A DNA stretch of 49,973 nucleotides. Origin: Phoronis australis. Its lineage: Eukaryota > Animalia > Phoronida. The stretch lies in NCBI GenBank assembly GCA_002633005.1, contig NMRA01001024.1:18966-68938 (forward strand), given 5' to 3'. Of this stretch, positions 44,026 to 49,973 are shown piece by piece. Below the pieces are notes generated by a model that saw nothing but the letters and a program-made list of their open reading frames with translations, was not told the DNA's origin and did no database searches. How positions within the stretch are numbered: position 1 is the stretch's first letter; each line of letters begins with the position of its first letter. Made by a program: the position numbers and the translations under genes.

Positions 44026-46590
44026 TTAAAGTCTGGTGACTGTGCTTTCGACGTCTTGATTTTCGGACGAAATTCTTGATAGCGTTGCCAATAGTGAGAA
44101 AACACACCGATTTTCGAAACCCATAGCATCGAGCACGCGACGTGTGCAAACAAATGAAATGAAAACAAAAACACCTTGGCTTGCATTGAGAACTGTAAAA
44201 ATGTACCAAAGAGCTTGGCTATTAGCTGCTATGGCAACAAATCCAAAGACCCAAGTTATTCCAAGCAGAACGAACATTTTTAAGTGCATCACAAATTCAT
44301 GCCTCGCAGTGTTTCGTTTGGATCTACTGACTGTTTTGGACGTATTAACAGACTTGTGTAGGGTATACGCAATAAGGAAATACAAAATAACGTTAAATAA
44401 CACAGAGACAGCAACAGGAAGGACAAAAAACGCGAGCATAGCATATGTTTGGGTGAACCAACAGACTCCTTTTTCCGCAAACTTTGGCTTAAAATCTGTT
44501 TCGGCGATGAACAAATCAACGAAAACGGACCCCAATGCTATGAGTGCAGGCACCCCGTAAGCAAGGCAGCATAACATGACCAGACGTCGGTGGCTATTTC
44601 GAGATTTGGAGAAAGATAAATGGAATATGGTCCAGGAATGCGCACCAATCACGTTCATCCACGCAAACACAGAGAGATACGCCCACTGAGTGAGAGCGGC
44701 AAAAGTCTCACACGCCCATGGGAGAAGGCCAGCTATCGGGCGCAGAAGATAAAACAGCCCTGCCAAGAACAGTTGCACAACTAAACAAAACTGAAGCTTT
44801 CCTGGAAACGTATGGTATACAGGACACACCGGTTGTAACAGGATGCGCACAGCAAGACTGGTCTCGGAAATGAGAAGACAGACTATCGTCAATATTCCCA
44901 GTGGTGACAAATTTAATAGGTGAGAGTAGCTTCGAACGTTGTCAAGGCAAACTGTCAGGCTGCCGTTTCCAGAATCCCTGACGTCTTCTTTGGGCACAAT
45001 TGCTTCCAAGTCGTGAATTAATATGTCGCCATCCTCCTGAACAGCGAAACGCCAAGTAAGCAAGGTTTTGTTGCGGCATTCAGAAACTGTGCTATTATAA
45101 CATTCGCTTGCGTTCACGTACATGTCAAATAGGTGCCCCAATCCTCTTGAAGCAAAAAAACGTTTCATTCGAGCTTTGAAATGTTCATCTTTGGTGGTTT
45201 TTTGCTCGTTTTTCTCTACACCTGACGCGCACGTGGCTTTTAAACGCTGCATGAATGTAATGTCCAGGACGTATCGCAGTGTAGCAGCGTCATCCCCTAT
45301 TAATGGTGCATCCAACTCAAATGTGAAATCTGGTGCTGTGTTTACGTCAAATCTTTTTTCCAAGCCCTCTCTTACAAGATAAGGCATGATTTGGCGATCA
45401 AAGTAGTTTATGTCGTAACTGTGATTTGATGACGCTATATACCGTAAAATGACGCGAACAAAGGATAGCCTAAAGCGAGGAACACAGTGTCCATTCTCTA
45501 AGGAATAGCCTTCTTCACACTTTGAAAAGTTACAGTTGTTGAGATGATCCGAATCACACGAAGCTGTGTTAATTTTATCTTGCTTTGCTCCTGAACCTAG
45601 CGTATTTGAAAAGTCAATTTGAAATTTACCTGCACCATTCACATCGAGCAACAGTGAAAACGAAAATTTCCAAAAGATTTTGTTCGTTACCGGATTAGTC
45701 ACTGGCGGAAAATTCCCATGGCACCGTAATGTTAGATTTTTCATGTACGACGGATCGTTACACATGCCACAGTAATAATTTTTGTAATAAACATCGTGAT
45801 GTGATAGGAAAACAATTTGAGTGGAGTGACACTGCTTCACCAACTCGTTCGATTTGCAATCAGAGGGACACCGGCGAACAATGTCTGGGTGGCAGTACCT
45901 ATAAATGTCATCTCTGTCTTCTAGTATTAACTTGCACCGAGGATCGTTTAACCGGTTCAAAAATTCCTTCATGTTACCTTCGACTGCAACTGTGGACAGT
46001 TCTTTACACTGAAGATCAAACTTCCAAAACTGCACTTTGACAACTCCATGGCATTGGGCACAGTAGTAATTTCTATACTGTATCCCAGTAGCATTGTCTC
46101 TGACTGGTATCCTGTTTATCACCGTTTTCACGGTATTCTCGCATCCACTAATTAAGTCCGCTTGTTTGAAGTGAGTCGGACATTTTGTGATCATAAGCGT
46201 TCTGTTATGATTCGCATTCAGATTGACGCATTCCACAGAAACGGATGACTTTGACGAGACAGTAGCACTCGTACGTTTTGGGCACGAGGACCAATAATCG
46301 TCACAACAGTCCCCATACACCGGACACAAAATGTCACACGAACACTGTCGGTTATCTTGTGGTTGAACGATATCACCACAAGCATTCTGGCATGTCCTCT
46401 TTGTAGGGTCTTCAAGAAAGCACATCAGTGTTGAATGGTTGATGTATATGTTATCAATATTCGTCTTGTTGTCACAACTATGCAGCGAAATCACCGGCGT
46501 TGCTAAATGAAATAAATAAATATGCATGTAAATCGCGCACAGCTGTAGTAAACAAACCGAGTCCATCTTCTCTGAGAACAGCATTGCCAT
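44026..46590 (-). CDS. Intronless somatomedin-B-domain class-B 7TM receptor (adhesion/Methuselah-like GPCR), 854 aa
   Basis: Hydrophobic signal region; SMB motif CQNAC..CSCDILCPVYGDCCDDY; two Y(R/K)NYYCxxC repeats; seven TM segments with FAWMNV, CWF, LLGITWVFGF and LNASQGVFVFI. Confidence 0.92.
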   Translation of the reverse strand: MAMLFSEKMDSVCLLQLCAIYMHIYLFHLATPVISLHSCDNKTNIDNIYINHSTLMCFLEDPTKRTCQNACGDIVQPQDNRQCSCDILCPVYGDCCDDYWSSCPKRTSATVSSKSSVSVECVNLNANHNRTLMITKCPTHFKQADLISGCENTVKTVINRIPVRDNATGIQYRNYYCAQCHGVVKVQFWKFDLQCKELSTVAVEGNMKEFLNRLNDPRCKLILEDRDDIYRYCHPDIVRRCPSDCKSNELVKQCHSTQIVFLSHHDVYYKNYYCGMCNDPSYMKNLTLRCHGNFPPVTNPVTNKIFWKFSFSLLLDVNGAGKFQIDFSNTLGSGAKQDKINTASCDSDHLNNCNFSKCEEGYSLENGHCVPRFRLSFVRVILRYIASSNHSYDINYFDRQIMPYLVREGLEKRFDVNTAPDFTFELDAPLIGDDAATLRYVLDITFMQRLKATCASGVEKNEQKTTKDEHFKARMKRFFASRGLGHLFDMYVNASECYNSTVSECRNKTLLTWRFAVQEDGDILIHDLEAIVPKEDVRDSGNGSLTVCLDNVRSYSHLLNLSPLGILTIVCLLISETSLAVRILLQPVCPVYHTFPGKLQFCLVVQLFLAGLFYLLRPIAGLLPWACETFAALTQWAYLSVFAWMNVIGAHSWTIFHLSFSKSRNSHRRLVMLCCLAYGVPALIALGSVFVDLFIAETDFKPKFAEKGVCWFTQTYAMLAFFVLPVAVSVLFNVILYFLIAYTLHKSVNTSKTVSRSKRNTARHEFVMHLKMFVLLGITWVFGFVAIAANSQALWYIFTVLNASQGVFVFISFVCTRRVLDAMGFENRCVFSLLATLSRISSENQDVESTVTRL

Positions 46591-49036
46591 TAGCTTGTAT
46601 ATAATTATCCATTAAAATTGCAGTTATTATCAAAACAAACGAACATAAATTATACGTTCACTGTAGACGTCAATAATGCCTCTGGGGACATTTTATACCG
46701 CCATTAAACACTTAATAAATGAGGTCACTGGCATTATATTTAAGTAATTAATGACCCTGGGGAATGACCACCGTTGGATGTTTCAGTGCATGTTTTCTTA
46801 TGTCACCTTAACAATATCTGATTAATATGTTTCCTCACGTCGCCCCAAAGTGGCGGCGCCAGGTAAAACGCCTAAAAACCCATCAGCTATCACAAATTTC
46901 AAATTTAGATGTAGACCACAAGTCATAAGATGAATCCAAGGTTTCCGAAGAGCTGGCTCATACATGTATTTCGTTATTGCCGTAGACTTTTGAGGCTTAA
47001 CAAGATGGCTTGACAAAACGTTTCACTTTGAAACGCAGAGCGTGATCTCAATGGATAACAAAACGTAGGTGCTTTACAGACCACTATTTTCGTTTTCCCT
47101 TCGCGCAGCTTTTGACACTTTGCATCAAAATATAAAAACCCCATTTTTGAATTTCCATCATGCAACAAGTGGAATATCTTGAAAACAATTCCTGTTGGTG
47201 TTTTGGGAACTGTGCATAAAAAGAGAAAGTTTCATCTGAATCCGGTCAGCCATTTCTACATAACCGTAATTATCTAATGATGTTTTACGAGTCACATATT
47301 ATTAGGCCTAGTCATTATTTCAAAGCTCTCCCCTCTAGCTATTGCGTGTGAGGTGGCTATAGTGTATGCTCAACGTCATGGACGTGTTTAAAGCAATGGA
47401 CGACTCGGTATTCATAGGTTCCCTGACTAAGCCATGTTTTACTAGCACTCCCTGGCCAGTGAAGGTGAAGGTACAGCTCCCACAGTACATTGGGGTTGGT
47501 GGGAATATAGACCCAGTGGTGGGTAAATCACAACACCCAAATTACAGATTAAAAGCAGACCGGAATACTCTAAAACGTTAGCTAAATATGCACAAATAAA
47601 AATTCGAGTGATTTATTCTAGCGTGGACATGACGTGCGAACAGGCAATAGACACCGTCACTTTAGAACACTAGAAAATCCTTTTCATGCTCAACGGGGAA
47701 CAATGCCATCAACAGGACGGTGACAGACCATACAGGGGTCAGTTTCATGAAAAGACACTTAAGACTTAACATTGAAATTTGGTCTTACGCTCCACACTTC
47801 TGTTTTTGAAAAACAATTAAATTTCAATTTAAAAAACGTGAAAAGTCTGTGGGAATATTCGGTAACGTTACTGAGAACGTTTCTTTAAATTGCGTCTTGA
47901 CTGTGATACAGTGAGATTCATTTGGCTGGACAACTTTAGAAATTGTGAAGTAAGACCAAATTTCCATGTTAGGTTGACAAACTAGGTCGCAAGCTGGTCG
48001 CATACATGTACAGATAGATTGGCATTTTCACTCTGTTTTTCATTGTTGTAATAAAGACAATGACAAGCATTTGTCGATAATCACCTGATGAGCGCCCAAA
48101 GTGCAATATCCACGCGACCTGTACTGTTATATTCAACAAAGACGCAACAAGGGAAGAAATGGTAACGTCCCATACATGTATGTGATCATGTAAGGCGCTT
48201 ACCACCGTCGCATAGATGTCGCAAGTTAAACAACACCTTCCAAGATCCATAAAACGTCATTTGGCATGGGTATCTTTTTTCACGAAACAGATCCCTACTT
48301 TGGATGAAATCACCAAAAATGGTTTAGTATCATTTCAAAAATTAGCTGACATGTCTGCAAGCAATTTGTGAACACGAGACAATATTTTTGAACGCAAAAT
48401 ACCTTGTAGGAAAGGAAATTATATAGCTGTATTGACACAATCTTAACTGTAACTTTGTATTTTCTTGTGGAAATATACAGACTCGATTCCAATGATTTAT
48501 GAATTCATGATTGCAAATCCAAACAATGTGTATAATTAACGTTCACACTCGCGCAGAGACAATCACCGACGCAAAACAAACACCATTTAGTGTCTCAGAT
48601 GGACACATACTCTAATTTTCACGTTGAGACATCCATGTACATGCATGCTCACCCGTTTCGTCCATTTGTATCTACTTGTAGACTGCGGGCATATGTTTTG
48701 GGTACACGCGGGTATTCAACCAAATCACTGGTCGAAAATATCCCGAAGATACTCTTTTGTGAACAACTTCGGTATCTTGATATATTAAAACAGATTTTCC
48801 CCTCAGTGCGTGTACAGTATATGCTCGATCACTCAAAGAAGTTGGATTGTGATTATGTGAATGTCCGGAACATCGCCTTAAAGCTTTGAGTTAGCCCAAG
48901 TTGTCCGTATAATTATGAGTTCTCCATATAGGTGATCTGTCGTTCTCACCTATATAAATACACGCTTTTTAATGTACACAAACTCTTCGGATTTTTGCCA
49001 AAAAACCTTCGAGATTTTCCATTTGTTTTTTCCCCT

Positions 49037-49494
49037 TCACTCACTTTGGACACTCGATCCTTCGCTGCTACTAGTGGAAACAGCCGACGTATTTGAACTT
49101 TTACTAGACAAAGTTGTTGTTGAAGTTTTTCCTCGGGTAAGTTCTTCATTTGATCCTGACCGTTTTGCATCAACACTCTCAGACTGTTCGGCACTATATG
49201 TGGCAGCTTTTGGAGCGATCGCAGCCGTGTGCGTCGACTCGTTCTCTTCAGATGTGGGTGACGTATTTTCTGTTGCTTCCAACTCGGATGTTGTTGATGA
49301 CTCGGTAGACGCCGTTGACAACGTAGTTGTAGGCGACTTTGGCAAATTCCTTAATTTTTGTAATCGATCGCGTATTTTGGGCAAATGAACAATACAACAT
49401 GAAGTTACTACTCCTGAAACCAGGAAGCCAACGACTGCAATGCCCATCCCAATGTAGATCCAAGTAGACAATGAGTCTGGAGATCTTGGGTTTG
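49037..49494 (-). CDS. Probable terminal exon of a single-pass membrane protein with Ser/Thr-rich tail
   Basis: ttttctag acceptor; TM WIYIGMGIAVVGFLVSGVVTSCCIV; basic stop-transfer KIRDRLQK; S/T/E-rich tail to TGA. Upstream exons are probably outside the window. Confidence 0.65.
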
Positions 49495-49973
49495 CTAGAA
49501 AAGATGAGTCGTGGCTTATTTCCTGGCATTCATCTGACCCAATTTTAAACAGTAAGCTCCACCAGGTATTTAAAACGGATTTAACGAGTTTAGACAATTT
49601 TACGCTTTGATGATAAACAATCAACAGGAGTTTTCTAGAAATTCTGAAGTTCCGTTTAAGTATTAAAATTTCAAATCCACAGTTTGAATGTTACAGAAGA
49701 TACTGTACGTCTAACCGTATTCGCGGACCCCTTGTTTAGAATTTTAAACAGCATTTGTCCAAACTGATTCAATCGCCGACGATGTTTTACGAAAACCGTC
49801 TACATATAATTTTTAACATCATTGTTTCCTAAGCTTGCTCGCTACAAACATGTAACACCTACCTATACATGTTTGGTTATCTTTGTCTAAAAAGAAACCC
49901 TTTTCACATGTGCACGTCGTTTGATTCGCAGAGTCTTGTCGACAAAACTGTGTACAGTTTGAAGCAGCGCAAG

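Noticed and set aside
44144-46040. Plus-strand ORFs overlapping the GPCR (also 48972-49388)
   Set aside because: Antisense shadows of real coding sequence.
48085-48125. Hammerhead-like CTGATGA-GCGC..GTGC
   Set aside because: The required GAAA after stem II is AATA, and stems I and III are not evident.

Overview
Eukaryotic, AT-rich genomic DNA from an invertebrate animal, probably marine; lophotrochozoan-like is an inference from repeat and gene style only. (1) The window opens with a degenerate (CCCTAA)n telomere-type tract. (2) About 19 kb of decayed transposons follow: hAT, Gypsy, ISL2EU/Harbinger with a YqaJ nuclease, a PGBD3-like piggyBac, and a Helentron-type MITE carrying an array of CTCF-like motifs. 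This region includes a ~1.7 kb chimeric unit amplified in tandem. (3) A minus-strand gene of at least 17 coding exons (19943-37689, about 687 aa plus an unresolved 5' end) was reconstructed by hand with consistent splice phases. It encodes a TBC/Rab-GAP-like domain followed by a coiled coil. One intron holds an internally deleted Kolobok transposon with 158-bp TIRs and a TTAA target duplication. (4) After a 618-nt assembly gap come an intronless 854-aa somatomedin-B + 7TM class-B GPCR and the last exon of a single-pass membrane protein. All family assignments come from motif recognition by eye; no database searches were run.
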